DNA from: a bacterium
GTDB taxonomy: Bacteria; Fidelibacterota; Marinisomatia; Marinisomatales; UBA1611
Assembly: GCA_038127595.1 (NCBI GenBank)
Contig: JAYPIC010000001.1
Coordinates: 59,388-123,387, forward strand
DNA length: 64,000 nucleotides
Direction of reading: 5' to 3'
Of the stretch, positions 11,033 through 20,920 are shown one piece after another; position 1 is the first letter of the stretch; the number at the start of each line of letters is the position of its first letter. Both the position numbers and the translations under genes were made by a program. The notes beneath the pieces were generated by a model. It was given only the letters and a program-made list of their open reading frames with translations. It did no database searches and was not told the origin of the DNA.

Positions 11033-11454
11033 TGAATCAAGGTGAACTTTTTACTGCTTTTCTTGTTGATTTACAAAGAATTTTCAGAACAGAAGTAGTC
11101 CCCAAGAATTTATCCTACAGTCAAGTTTTAGCTATTATTATCATTCCTGATGACGGGATCGAGATGTCCGAATTAGCGAGAGCACTTGGTCTAGAAAATA
11201 GTAGTGTAACTAGACTTATCGCTCGTTTAGAGCGTAATAATTATGTTACAAGAAAAAAAAGTGAAGCAGATAGAAGATCAATTAATGTTTTTTTAGATCA
11301 AAAAGGCTCCATGTTGCAAACTGATATTGAAAAAAAAATAGATAAAATTGGTAATCAAATATTTTTAAAAAATAATCAGGTTGAGAAAGAATTATTTTTA
11401 GAAAATTTATCATTATTCCAATGGTCTTTGAAGAAGACATTTCTAAAAAAATAA
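11032..11454 (+). CDS. MarR-family transcriptional regulator
   Basis: MSELARALGLENSSVTRLIARLE..YVTR....DRRS winged-HTH motif. Confidence 0.92.
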   Translation: MNQGELFTAFLVDLQRIFRTEVVPKNLSYSQVLAIIIIPDDGIEMSELARALGLENSSVTRLIARLERNNYVTRKKSEADRRSINVFLDQKGSMLQTDIEKKIDKIGNQIFLKNNQVEKELFLENLSLFQWSLKKTFLKK

Positions 11455-12518
11455 AGAGTAACCCCGTGCAGTTATCAGCTTTTTTATTAGACTGGTTTGA
11501 TAAAAATAAAAGAGAGCTACCATTTCGAAAAAATAGAAGTGTATATAGTATTTGGGTTTCAGAGGTAATGTTGCAACAAACTAAGGTAGATATTGTTATC
11601 CCATATTTTAATTCATGGATGAAAAAATTTCCTAACATAAAGTCTGTAGCAGAAGCATCTGAGGAAAATATTCTAAAATCTTGGGAAGGCCTAGGGTATT
11701 ATTCTAGATGTAGGAATTTTCACAAAGCTGCTAAAATAATTGTAAATGATTATGGTTCAAAAATTCCTGAGGATTGGGACAATTTCAGGTCACTCCCTGG
11801 AGTTGGTGACTACACTGCTGGAGCTGTGCTTTCAATTGCTCTTAATAAGAACTATTTGGCAATTGATGGCAATGTTAAAAGAGTTGTTTCTCGAATTACA
11901 AGAAGAAAAAAATTGAGCAAATATAATTTGAATTACATAAGATCTTTTTTATCAAAGAATATAGATATAATTAGAACTGGGGATTTTAACGAAGCTATTA
12001 TGGAACTAGGGGCTTGCATATGTTTACCTAGGTTGCCTAAGTGCAGACAATGCCCTCTTAATTCGTTTTGTGCTGGTTACAAAAGTGGGACCCCAAGTAA
12101 TTATCCTCAAAAATCAGTTACTAAAAAAGTCCCTGTGCGTACTTTTGTAGGAGGTATAATTAGATTTAAGGATAGGATTTTGATCCAAAAAAGAGATAGC
12201 CAAATGTTGAATGGTCTTTGGGAAATTCCTATGAAACAAGTAACTCTAGATAGCAATTATATTTTTGATTTTAAAAAATATATATTTGATAAATATGGAT
12301 ACATAATAAGTTTTAAAAAGATTATATCCGAAGTTGAACATGTATACTCGCATTTTAAAATGAAATTAATTGTCATGGATTTTATTATTTGTGATAATGT
12401 CAGAAACACTGGAAATTCTTTTTCTTGGATTTCTAAAAGAGATATTGACCGTTACGCTTTTCATAGAGCAAATCATAAGGTGTTTAAATTATTTAAGAGT
12501 TTTAATTGGGATGTTTAG
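11421..12518 (+). CDS. mutY: A/G-specific adenine glycosylase
   Basis: WVSEVMLQQT, WEGLGYYSR, LPGVGDYTAGA HhH motif, DGNVKRV, C-x6-C-x2-C-x5-C Fe-S motif, NUDIX-like C-terminus. Confidence 0.95.
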   Translation: MVFEEDISKKIKSNPVQLSAFLLDWFDKNKRELPFRKNRSVYSIWVSEVMLQQTKVDIVIPYFNSWMKKFPNIKSVAEASEENILKSWEGLGYYSRCRNFHKAAKIIVNDYGSKIPEDWDNFRSLPGVGDYTAGAVLSIALNKNYLAIDGNVKRVVSRITRRKKLSKYNLNYIRSFLSKNIDIIRTGDFNEAIMELGACICLPRLPKCRQCPLNSFCAGYKSGTPSNYPQKSVTKKVPVRTFVGGIIRFKDRILIQKRDSQMLNGLWEIPMKQVTLDSNYIFDFKKYIFDKYGYIISFKKIISEVEHVYSHFKMKLIVMDFIICDNVRNTGNSFSWISKRDIDRYAFHRANHKVFKLFKSFNWDV

Positions 12519-13218
12519 AGCAATTATTTCATTAATTCTATGGCCATTGTGGTTTGCGTATTTATTAGTCATATTCCCAATTTTTTTGGTTTATACTATA
12601 GTTGTAAATAAACAATATTTTCATTATTTCTTAAGTCCAATGTCCTATCTATTTTGTCTTCTAGGCGGTCAATTAGTAAAGAAAACTGGGCTAACACCTG
12701 ATCCAGAAGGAGGCCCTTATTTATATTTAATTAATCATCAATCTCTCTTCGACCATTTTGCATTGGGTAAATATATGAATCATTATGTTACGGCTGTTGC
12801 CAAACAAGAGCACCTTAGTTATCCGCTCTGGGGGCAAGTAGCAAGGTCGTATGGAATAGTTCCTATAAATAGAGCAAATATTAAAAAGGCTTTATCAAGC
12901 TTAAAAGTTGTTGAAAAAGCAATAATGAATGAAAAGACATCTTTCCTTATTGCTCCAGAAGGTACAAGATCAAAAGATGGTAAATTAGGAATTTTTAAAA
13001 AAGGAGCATTTCACATTGCAAAAAACACAGGTGTAAAAATTATCCCAGTTATTATTGATGGTGCATATAAGGCTAAAAATGTTGGGGATTGGAGGCTAAC
13101 TCCAGGTGTAATAAACATTCATTTTTCTGATATAATTGATCAAGAATTGTATAAAGATATGACGGTTGAAGAGCTAAGAGATTATACTATTGATCAATAT
13201 AAAACCATTCTAGAATAG
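12511..13218 (+). CDS. plsC: 1-acyl-sn-glycerol-3-phosphate acyltransferase
   Basis: NHQSLFD and PEGTRS motifs, FKKGAF. Start moved to ATG 12511, overlapping the end of mutY. Confidence 0.88.
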   Translation: MFRAIISLILWPLWFAYLLVIFPIFLVYTIVVNKQYFHYFLSPMSYLFCLLGGQLVKKTGLTPDPEGGPYLYLINHQSLFDHFALGKYMNHYVTAVAKQEHLSYPLWGQVARSYGIVPINRANIKKALSSLKVVEKAIMNEKTSFLIAPEGTRSKDGKLGIFKKGAFHIAKNTGVKIIPVIIDGAYKAKNVGDWRLTPGVINIHFSDIIDQELYKDMTVEELRDYTIDQYKTILE

Positions 13219-13225
13219 TTATGTA

Positions 13226-13627
13226 ATGAGTATTTTAAATTTTAATAATATTGAAATTTCGCAGATTTTAGTATCTATATTTTTTTTAATTGTTTTTTTT
13301 CAATCAAGCTTAGATAAAATAAATGATAGAGAAGGTAATTTGAAGTTTTTCAATCATCACTTTAAAGGAACCTTTTTTCAAAATTACACATTAATATCTC
13401 TTAACTTTTTGGCATTATTAGAAATTACTTCCGCTTTTTTATGCTGTTTTGGGATTTTTTACAAACTTTCATATCATGATTCGATTTTCATATATTATGG
13501 ATTGCTTATGATTGCTATTGTTTTATTGTCATTATTACTCGGACAGCGATTAGCCAAAGACTATGCTGGCGCTGCAGATATCACTATTTATTTTATTTTA
13601 TGTATTGTTACAATTTTGAGCTTTTAA
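13226..13627 (+). CDS. DoxX-like four-TM membrane protein
   Basis: FFQSSLDKI.DREGN, LE, LLGQRLAKDYAGAA; four hydrophobic helices. Confidence 0.65.
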   Translation: MSILNFNNIEISQILVSIFFLIVFFQSSLDKINDREGNLKFFNHHFKGTFFQNYTLISLNFLALLEITSAFLCCFGIFYKLSYHDSIFIYYGLLMIAIVLLSLLLGQRLAKDYAGAADITIYFILCIVTILSF

Positions 13628-13643
13628 ATAAGGGATTAGAGTT

Positions 13644-14987
13644 ATGGATAAATCTATTACGAAAAAAATGATTAATAATTATCAGGAAGAGTGCAATAAC
13701 AGCGTAAAAATAAAGCTTTCTCGCAATGCTGCAACCCATAACGAGGTTACAGATCTAGCTATGGACTGGGATGAGTTTAGAAAAATAGACCATTCATTTT
13801 CAGAAACAATTACTGGGGAAATGAAGATAACTAACCAAAAATCTAGCGGAAGATGTTGGGGATTTGCGGGATTGAATCTTTTTAGGGTTTATCTTGGAAG
13901 AAAGCATAACATTCGCAATTTTGAATTTTCTCAAACATATTTCATGTTTTGGGATAAATTAGAAAAATCAAATTATTTTTTAAACAGTATCATCAGCACT
14001 GCTAATAGCTCTTGGAATAGTCGCATAATTATGCACTTATTAGACAACCCGATACAAGATGGTGGTCAATGGGACATGTGGGTGAATCTGATTAATAAGT
14101 ATGGAGTTGTTCCAAAATCTGAAATGCCTGAGACTTATCAATCTAGTCGCTCTATGCGAATGAATAGAATGATAACTAGAAAACTTCGTGAATTTGCAAA
14201 GGAACTAAGAGATGCTATAAAAAATAATATAGATGAAGAAAACTTATTTAATATGAAAGATGATATGTTAAATGTGGTCTATAAAATGTTAGTCATTCAT
14301 CTAGGGGCTCCTCCAAATAAGTTTACATGGCAAATTAGAGACAAGAAGAAAAATTTTCTTCGGTTCGAGAACTTAACTCCTCAAAGTTTTTTTAGTAAAC
14401 ATGTGGGCCTTAACCTTAACGACTTAGTTTGTCTAATTAATTGTCCGATGTCAGATAAATCATATAAAAAAGTCTATAGTGTGGAACATCTTGGAAATGT
14501 TATTGAAGGCCAACCAATTAGATATTTAAATACAAAAATTGAAATACTAAAAAAAGCAGCTATTCAATCTATAAAAAATGATGATCCTGTGTGGTTTGGA
14601 TGTGATGTTGGTAAATATCTGCACCGGTCTCATGGTGTAATGGATACTGATCTATTTGATTTTGATTTATTTTATGATACGCAATTTACAATGGACAAAG
14701 CTACACGATTGGAGTATGGCGAAAGCAAAATGACACATGCTATGCTGTTTACTGGTGTGGACCTAGATTTAAATGGCAATCCTGTAAAATGGCGAGTTGA
14801 AAATAGTTGGGGTGATCGAAATGGTGAAAAAGGGTTTTATATAATGTCAGATAAATGGTTTGATGAGTTTTTATATGAAGTTGTTGTAGATAAAAAATAT
14901 TTAGAAGACGAGTATGTAAAATTATACGAAATAGAGGAAGCTCAATTATTGCCTCCTTGGGACCCAATGGGGGCTCTAGCAAAGTAA
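13644..14987 (+). CDS. pepC: Aminopeptidase C / bleomycin hydrolase (C1B)
   Basis: NQKSSGRCW, DGGQW, THAM, WRVENSWG, C-terminal WDPMGALA. Confidence 0.95.
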   Translation: MDKSITKKMINNYQEECNNSVKIKLSRNAATHNEVTDLAMDWDEFRKIDHSFSETITGEMKITNQKSSGRCWGFAGLNLFRVYLGRKHNIRNFEFSQTYFMFWDKLEKSNYFLNSIISTANSSWNSRIIMHLLDNPIQDGGQWDMWVNLINKYGVVPKSEMPETYQSSRSMRMNRMITRKLREFAKELRDAIKNNIDEENLFNMKDDMLNVVYKMLVIHLGAPPNKFTWQIRDKKKNFLRFENLTPQSFFSKHVGLNLNDLVCLINCPMSDKSYKKVYSVEHLGNVIEGQPIRYLNTKIEILKKAAIQSIKNDDPVWFGCDVGKYLHRSHGVMDTDLFDFDLFYDTQFTMDKATRLEYGESKMTHAMLFTGVDLDLNGNPVKWRVENSWGDRNGEKGFYIMSDKWFDEFLYEVVVDKKYLEDEYVKLYEIEEAQLLPPWDPMGALAK

Positions 14988-14994
14988 ATTAAAT

Positions 14995-16875
14995 ATGGAT
15001 GCAAAAATATACTGGTTATTGGCGTTCGTAGGACTCTATTGGTCCTATTGTATTTTTTGGGGCATTAAAGGCGCAATTACTTCTAAAACCTCTGAAGATT
15101 ATTTTGTAGCAGGTAGATCAATAGGAACCTGGGTATTTGTACTTGCAGCAACTGCAACTAGTTTTTCAGGATGGACATTTGTTGGGCATCCGGGGAAAAT
15201 ACTTACAGATGGTCTACCATATGCATTTGCTTCATTTTATGCACTTACAATACCATTTACTGGAGTTCTTTTTTTGAGAAGACAATGGGTGCTTGGAAGA
15301 GTTTATAATTATGTAACTCCAGGAGAAATGTATTCTGATTATTACGGCGGTAATTCAATGAGAGCGTTAACAGTATTAGTTGCATTTCTATTTTCTGTCC
15401 CATATTTGGGTATTCAACTTCGAGCATCTGGAGCATTATTTAATGTCCTCACTGATGGTTTAATTTCAACTAATTTAGGTATGATATTATTATCTGCAGT
15501 AGTAGTTATCTATGTTGCTTCAGGAGGATTAAAATCGGTTGCTTATGTTGACTGTGCTCAAGCAATTTTGTTAGCATTAGGTATAATAGTACTTGGAGTT
15601 ATTACGATAAAATGGATTGGTGGATGGAATTTATTCACCGAGGGGATTGGCGTTTTAGTTAAAAATGATTTAATAAGTGGTAATCGATTAACATTACAGG
15701 GTTTTTCTAGTAGAGTGGCGATGCCGGGTTCTATTCAAATTGTTTCATCAGGTTCAAATGCAGTAGGTGGTATATGGACTGGTATGATGTGTATGACATA
15801 CATGTTTGCTTTAATGGGCATACAGTCTTCACCGGCATTTTCAATGTGGGCCTATGCAAATAAAACCTCTAAACCCTTTAGATGGCAGCAAGTAGTTGCT
15901 TCATCAATCGTTATCGGTATCATTTTATTTACATTTACTATCATTCAAGGGATGGGCGCTGATGTCTTAGTATTAAATGGAATTTTTGAGACAATATCGG
16001 ATAGTACTTTAGTACCAAAGTTAATTAATCTAATGTCTGAATCAGCACCATGGTTAGTAGGGCTTTTAGCTGTCTGTGCCCTCGCAGCAATGCAAAGCAC
16101 AGGATCTGCTTATATGTCAACTTTTAGTGCAATGATAACTAGAGACATATATAAAAATTATATTGATGAAGAAGTAACTGAAGATAGACAAAAGTTCATA
16201 GGACGTTTATTTGTAGTTGTTGTAGCAGTTGCGGCATTGGTTGTTGCGATAGTTTCTACAGACGCTTTGGTAATGTTAGGCGGTCTTGCGGTAGCTTATG
16301 GATTTCAGATGTATCCAGCGCTTTTTGGGAACCTTTATTGTAAATGGATTTCTAAAACAGGGGTTACTATGGGTTTAATTGCTGGACTTTTGGCTGTTAC
16401 TTTAACAGATAAGATGTCTAGTATATTTCCTTTACCATGGGGAGCTTATCCTCTTACTATACACTCTGCAGGGTGGGGGATATTTTTTAATATAATTTTT
16501 ACAGGCTTTGGTTCTTATTTTTTCCCAGATAGTGATCAAAAAAATTTAGATAAAGAAAAAAGGCATGCATTTTTATCTGAAGTTGCAGGAGTGCCAGCGT
16601 CAAAGAAAAAATTAGTTCCTTTAGCATATTGTCTTGTCATATTTTGGTTCTTATTTGGGTTTGGCCCTTTTGCGATGATTGGCAACACTTTATTTTCCGA
16701 CCCAAACATACCTGCTACTTGGGCACCATTTAATTTGCCATCAATATGGATATGGCAATTAGTTTTTTTATTTTTCGGAATTTTTGTGATGTGGTTTTTA
16801 GCTTTTTATATGGGTTTTTCAAAGCCTATTCCTTCTAAAAAGTTAGAGAATACATTTAATAATTATTTTAAGTAA
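14995..16875 (+). CDS. Sodium:solute symporter family protein
   Basis: DYFVAGRS, ATSFSGWTFVG, YVASGGLKSVAYVD, AAMQST; about 14-15 TM helices. Confidence 0.92.
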   Translation: MDAKIYWLLAFVGLYWSYCIFWGIKGAITSKTSEDYFVAGRSIGTWVFVLAATATSFSGWTFVGHPGKILTDGLPYAFASFYALTIPFTGVLFLRRQWVLGRVYNYVTPGEMYSDYYGGNSMRALTVLVAFLFSVPYLGIQLRASGALFNVLTDGLISTNLGMILLSAVVVIYVASGGLKSVAYVDCAQAILLALGIIVLGVITIKWIGGWNLFTEGIGVLVKNDLISGNRLTLQGFSSRVAMPGSIQIVSSGSNAVGGIWTGMMCMTYMFALMGIQSSPAFSMWAYANKTSKPFRWQQVVASSIVIGIILFTFTIIQGMGADVLVLNGIFETISDSTLVPKLINLMSESAPWLVGLLAVCALAAMQSTGSAYMSTFSAMITRDIYKNYIDEEVTEDRQKFIGRLFVVVVAVAALVVAIVSTDALVMLGGLAVAYGFQMYPALFGNLYCKWISKTGVTMGLIAGLLAVTLTDKMSSIFPLPWGAYPLTIHSAGWGIFFNIIFTGFGSYFFPDSDQKNLDKEKRHAFLSEVAGVPASKKKLVPLAYCLVIFWFLFGFGPFAMIGNTLFSDPNIPATWAPFNLPSIWIWQLVFLFFGIFVMWFLAFYMGFSKPIPSKKLENTFNNYFK

Positions 16876-16929
16876 AGAATAATGACATTTTCTTTCATTC
16901 TGCAATAAAGAATAAATATATTTAGACTA

Positions 16930-18318
16930 ATGGATACAAATAAAAAAAATGAAGCTAGTTCGTCATCTCTTGATGACATAGAAAAAAAAATACATGCTAA
17001 TCAGGTTCTGTATGATCAACTTCATCAGTCCTTAGTTGATGAATCTTTAGCTCAGGCGGATGAAGATGAGAAGAGTTTAGCCAATAGCAAATCTGAAATA
17101 GGTACTGAGGAAACTGTTTTTTCTAAATTATCAAATTATTACCAGTCAAATGAATTATTTAGATATGCTATTTGGGGGTTTGGCGCTGTATTTTTTGCAA
17201 CAACTATTTTAACGATTATTGAGTATCCTCTTTTTAGCGGAAGTGTAAAAGATGATGTTGGCGATGGTTTTATGTTTGGTGGTAGTGAGCCGAACTGGAT
17301 AGATACATTTTTTCATACTTTTTGGTGGGCAGTAGTAACCTTTACTACTGTAGGGTATGGTGATGTAAGCCCTGAAACACATTTAGGAAAATTTTTAACT
17401 ATAATTATAATGATTTTAAATCTAGGCATTGTTACAATGCTTACAGGTGCTGTTTCTTCAGTTTTAGTAGCAGCGCGTTTGAAAGGAGATGATAAATTGG
17501 ACGAAACTAAATTTCATGGACATTTAATCATAGCTGGTTGGAATTCTGCAGTGCAATCAGCGCTTAGATTGGTTGAGGCAAATGAGGATTCTACTTCTGT
17601 TGTGATTTTAATTAATGAGACAGAAGAGGAAATAATTAAAAGAGCAATTTCTGGTTTTGATCGATTAGATATAACGCACTTGTCAGAGAATTTTACTCAA
17701 GAAGGAGTATTAAAAAAAGCGTATATTGAAGAGTGTGGTACATTTATGATAGTTCCAGATGAATCTGGACTGCTTCCAAACGAAAAGCCCGATGAGGATA
17801 AAACAGTTTTAACAGCTCTTACTGCGAAATCCATACTAGAGGACATTCAGGTTGTAGCATATATTTTAGACGAAGAGTACATTTCTCATTTGCATAGAGC
17901 AAATGTAAACGAGATAGTCTTTCCTGACGAACACATTCCGCATATGTTAGCCAAGCATGTTACCGATCCGGGTGTCCCACAACTTTTTGATGAACTTATT
18001 ACACAGGAAAAACAGGATAAAGGCATTCAGGTTGTACCCATTCCAAAAGGATTGGTTGGTTTAACGCACAATAAAGTTTCAGCATATTACAAATTCAAAC
18101 ATAAATGGCTATTGGTAGGATATGCAATTAAGAAAGCTGGATTTAGTCTTGAAGAGCAAATGGGTGAGAGTGGTAGTCCTATTATTAGAGACATGATTAA
18201 AGAACAGCTAGATGGTGCAGGAATAAAGTTGTCAAGTGATGAGCATGTAATTGTTGAGATCAACCCTGATGATGAATATGTCATTGATGGGAAACATAAA
18301 GCTTTAGTATTGAGGTAA
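16930..18318 (+). CDS. 2-TM potassium channel with RCK (TrkA-N/C) domain, MthK-like
   Basis: FWWAVVTFTTVGYGD selectivity filter, HLIIAGW Rossmann start, C-terminal INP..Y.I RCK_C-like end. Confidence 0.92.
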   Translation: MDTNKKNEASSSSLDDIEKKIHANQVLYDQLHQSLVDESLAQADEDEKSLANSKSEIGTEETVFSKLSNYYQSNELFRYAIWGFGAVFFATTILTIIEYPLFSGSVKDDVGDGFMFGGSEPNWIDTFFHTFWWAVVTFTTVGYGDVSPETHLGKFLTIIIMILNLGIVTMLTGAVSSVLVAARLKGDDKLDETKFHGHLIIAGWNSAVQSALRLVEANEDSTSVVILINETEEEIIKRAISGFDRLDITHLSENFTQEGVLKKAYIEECGTFMIVPDESGLLPNEKPDEDKTVLTALTAKSILEDIQVVAYILDEEYISHLHRANVNEIVFPDEHIPHMLAKHVTDPGVPQLFDELITQEKQDKGIQVVPIPKGLVGLTHNKVSAYYKFKHKWLLVGYAIKKAGFSLEEQMGESGSPIIRDMIKEQLDGAGIKLSSDEHVIVEINPDDEYVIDGKHKALVLR

Positions 18319-18322
18319 AGAT

Positions 18323-18886
18323 ATGGGTGTTAGTGCTAGTCAAATACAAAAAATAAATTATTTTAGTAAAGTTCCAGAAGAATTTTGCTCTCAAATTGCT
18401 AAGGCGGTAGTTGAAGAAAATTGTCCTCCTGGCACTGTGCTGCTTAAAGAAGGTGAAGCGGGAGATACAATGCTTTTAATTTTTCAAGGCCAAGTTGAAG
18501 TATCTAAAAATATGATGGTTAAAGCTTCTAGCGGGTTTACTATGTCAACTAAGTCAATAATAAGATTAGAAACTACAGACCCTGCGCCATCAAATGACCC
18601 TATTACTCAACCAACTGTATCAGTGGTAAAGGCTCCTGCTTTTGGTATAGGAGAATTTTCTTTAGTCCTTGATGACGCTAAGCGAACATCACATGTCACA
18701 GCAATGACAGATGTAAAATATGGAATTTTAAGTTTAGAAGATTTCTCAAGGATAGTAGATAAAAACCCTTCAATTGGGGGGCCGGTATATTTTGAGGTAG
18801 CAAAGTCCGCAGTGAATAACTTAGCTACTGCAACTCAAGATATATCTAATTTGACTCAGGCATTCTTTTTTGCTTTAACTAAATAA
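18323..18886 (+). CDS. Stand-alone cyclic-nucleotide-binding domain protein (no HTH)
   Basis: PGTVLLKEGEAGDTM..IFQGQVEV and GEFSL....RTSHVTA phosphate-binding cassette. Confidence 0.85.
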   Translation: MGVSASQIQKINYFSKVPEEFCSQIAKAVVEENCPPGTVLLKEGEAGDTMLLIFQGQVEVSKNMMVKASSGFTMSTKSIIRLETTDPAPSNDPITQPTVSVVKAPAFGIGEFSLVLDDAKRTSHVTAMTDVKYGILSLEDFSRIVDKNPSIGGPVYFEVAKSAVNNLATATQDISNLTQAFFFALTK

Positions 18887-18889
18887 TTA

Positions 18890-20692
18890 TTATTTAATAA
18901 AAAACGTCCTTCTCCTAGTATTTATTTTTTCTTCAAGTTCGATTATTTTTTCTTTTTCTAACGGCGTCTTTTCTTCTTTAGAGCTCAATTTATCTAATTC
19001 TAATCTTAAGAATTGGACATCACGATCAAGTTTTTCGAGACGTCCTTTCATTTGTTTAGACAACATTTTTTTAAAATCATCAATTTTATCGCTATCTGGA
19101 GAATAATAAATATTCGTATTTCCTCGATCAGTGTCTTCCCAAAATGTTGGGCCACTAAATTTGATTCTATTATATAGTCCTTCCATTAAGTTCAGATAAG
19201 TTTGATTGTCAAAATAAGCAAGGTCATCAAGTACATCTGCAACAATGGTCTCTGCAAAATCAAGGTTTTTAATTTTTATATAATGAAGAGCTAGTCCAAT
19301 TTGTAATACTCGCACGCCATTATTTACGCTTTGATCTAGATCATCTTTTGGATAATCTGGAGGATTATCAAGTTGTAAAATTTCTTTTAATAAATGTTCC
19401 TGCAGCTCGAGGTCCCAATTTTTTTCAGAAATGATGATAGATATCTTTTTTAGTTCAGTAGTTAATACATCTACAATAAAATATAGCGAAGGGTTGTTAG
19501 CTGCTTGTTTATAAATTTCATTACTATAGAATTTGAAATAGAAGTATCCCATTTTTAGCAAATCAATTTTATTTTTATCAACATAACCTTGCAAAAGAGT
19601 TGAATAGTGGAATGCTAAATTGTATAAATTCCTTGGTTCATTATTTCTGACTGCATGCTTTATTGCAAATCTCATAAATGTATTAAATCTTATATTAATA
19701 TCCGTAATTAAACTATCTTGTTCGAGTTCTAAGGCTAAAAGCCCTACTGAGCTAATTTCATTAGCGATAAGAGAAGCTAGTTCATATTCTCCGTTCTCCA
19801 TTTTTCGTATATATGCATTACCCATCATTTTAAAAGATTTTACTTCGTAAAATGTTTTTCTATCTTCTATATCTTTATATTGGTGTTCAACATATGTTCT
19901 GAAAGTTGGATTATTTCTAATGGTATCTGTAGCAGTAAAAAATTTTGGATCATAGGAATCCTTGTTCATCATATACACTCTTACTGTATCACCAACCCGT
20001 CGAATGATTTCTGTTTGAGCCTCTTTGAATGATATATATTCAAGTAGGTCATCGAATTGATCTATAGTAGACATTAATTGATGCTGATAATGTTCAATAA
20101 CTCTACTATCATTCATTGTAAGTTGTACGGGCTTTTGCTTTAACCTTTTTATGTCAGCAATATTCAGCGAATAGAGTTTTCTAATTACATTATCTGTTTT
20201 TGAATAGAGTAAGATGTAAAATATGTATGGCAATGATAAAACAGAAGATAGGGGAAGGTAAATGTAAGTATTTAACATGACACTAGATAGCCTATCCATT
20301 GGTTCAAAATAGTACATAATTATTGTTGAATGAATAGACGCAAGAATTAAAAACCATATGAAGATAAGACTTATCCAATCTCTAACGAACAGGTCCATCA
20401 ATTTTGGAGTGGATTCTGCTGCTATTGCAATGACAATTATCAATGTACCTAAAACTGTAGCTAATACTCCTCCCCATATTTCGGGTGCAAAAGTGAGGTC
20501 TACGGCTCCATGAGCTTCTTTGTTAATATCAAAGAATTGTTCAAGGAATAAAATGACTTGTGGATAAAGCTGATGAAATAAAGAATCGCTTATGAGAATG
20601 ACTAAAAAAACGATTAGTAAGGAGGCTAGCGATCTGTTTCTATTTATCAGATTCAATGTATTTGCAAAAAATATTGTAATATTACTGTTCAT
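18890..20692 (-). CDS. Predicted membrane protein, DUF2254-like
   Basis: N-terminal TM bundle with TLIIVIAIAAESTPKL..LF motif, followed by a long helical soluble domain. Confidence 0.55.
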   Translation of the reverse strand: MNSNITIFFANTLNLINRNRSLASLLIVFLVILISDSLFHQLYPQVILFLEQFFDINKEAHGAVDLTFAPEIWGGVLATVLGTLIIVIAIAAESTPKLMDLFVRDWISLIFIWFLILASIHSTIIMYYFEPMDRLSSVMLNTYIYLPLSSVLSLPYIFYILLYSKTDNVIRKLYSLNIADIKRLKQKPVQLTMNDSRVIEHYQHQLMSTIDQFDDLLEYISFKEAQTEIIRRVGDTVRVYMMNKDSYDPKFFTATDTIRNNPTFRTYVEHQYKDIEDRKTFYEVKSFKMMGNAYIRKMENGEYELASLIANEISSVGLLALELEQDSLITDINIRFNTFMRFAIKHAVRNNEPRNLYNLAFHYSTLLQGYVDKNKIDLLKMGYFYFKFYSNEIYKQAANNPSLYFIVDVLTTELKKISIIISEKNWDLELQEHLLKEILQLDNPPDYPKDDLDQSVNNGVRVLQIGLALHYIKIKNLDFAETIVADVLDDLAYFDNQTYLNLMEGLYNRIKFSGPTFWEDTDRGNTNIYYSPDSDKIDDFKKMLSKQMKGRLEKLDRDVQFLRLELDKLSSKEEKTPLEKEKIIELEEKINTRRRTFFIK

Positions 20693-20800
20693 CCTTATGT
20701 AAAGTAGTAAAACATTGTTAATGGAAGCTACGATTTTGATATATGTTTTTCAATATTGAAGAAGACTTTCTATCCAGATGTTACTTAATATAATACGTTA

Positions 20801-20920
20801 TAGTGGAATCGGTTTTTATTGCTCTTCACATAAACCGATGATAACTTCCTAATAGCTCTATTGAGTTTAGAGGTTCGTAGACTCAATATAGAGTAGTAAT
20901 AGTAGTTACGAACTTTAAAT
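20801..20920 (+). ncRNA. Candidate structured cis-regulatory leader (family not recognised)
   Basis: Two stems: ATCGGTTT/AAACCGAT (extended by GGA/TCC), and CTCT-ATTGAGTTTA/TAGACTCAAT-AGAG. The second loop, GAGGTTCG, is complementary to CGAACTTT at 20909-20916. TATAAT at 20789-20794 lies just upstream. Confidence 0.45.

Noticed and set aside
18300..18330. Programmed frameshift or readthrough fusing the channel and CNBD
   Set aside because: No slippery sequence; the CNBD gene has its own GAGGT RBS and ATG.
20830..20895. Assignment of the leader as a fluoride or preQ1-I riboswitch (AACCG..TGATAACTTCCTA; AGAGGTTCGTAG)
   Set aside because: The fluoride 5' GGnGATGGnGTTCnCC element is missing, and so are the preQ1 P1 partner strand and A-rich tail.
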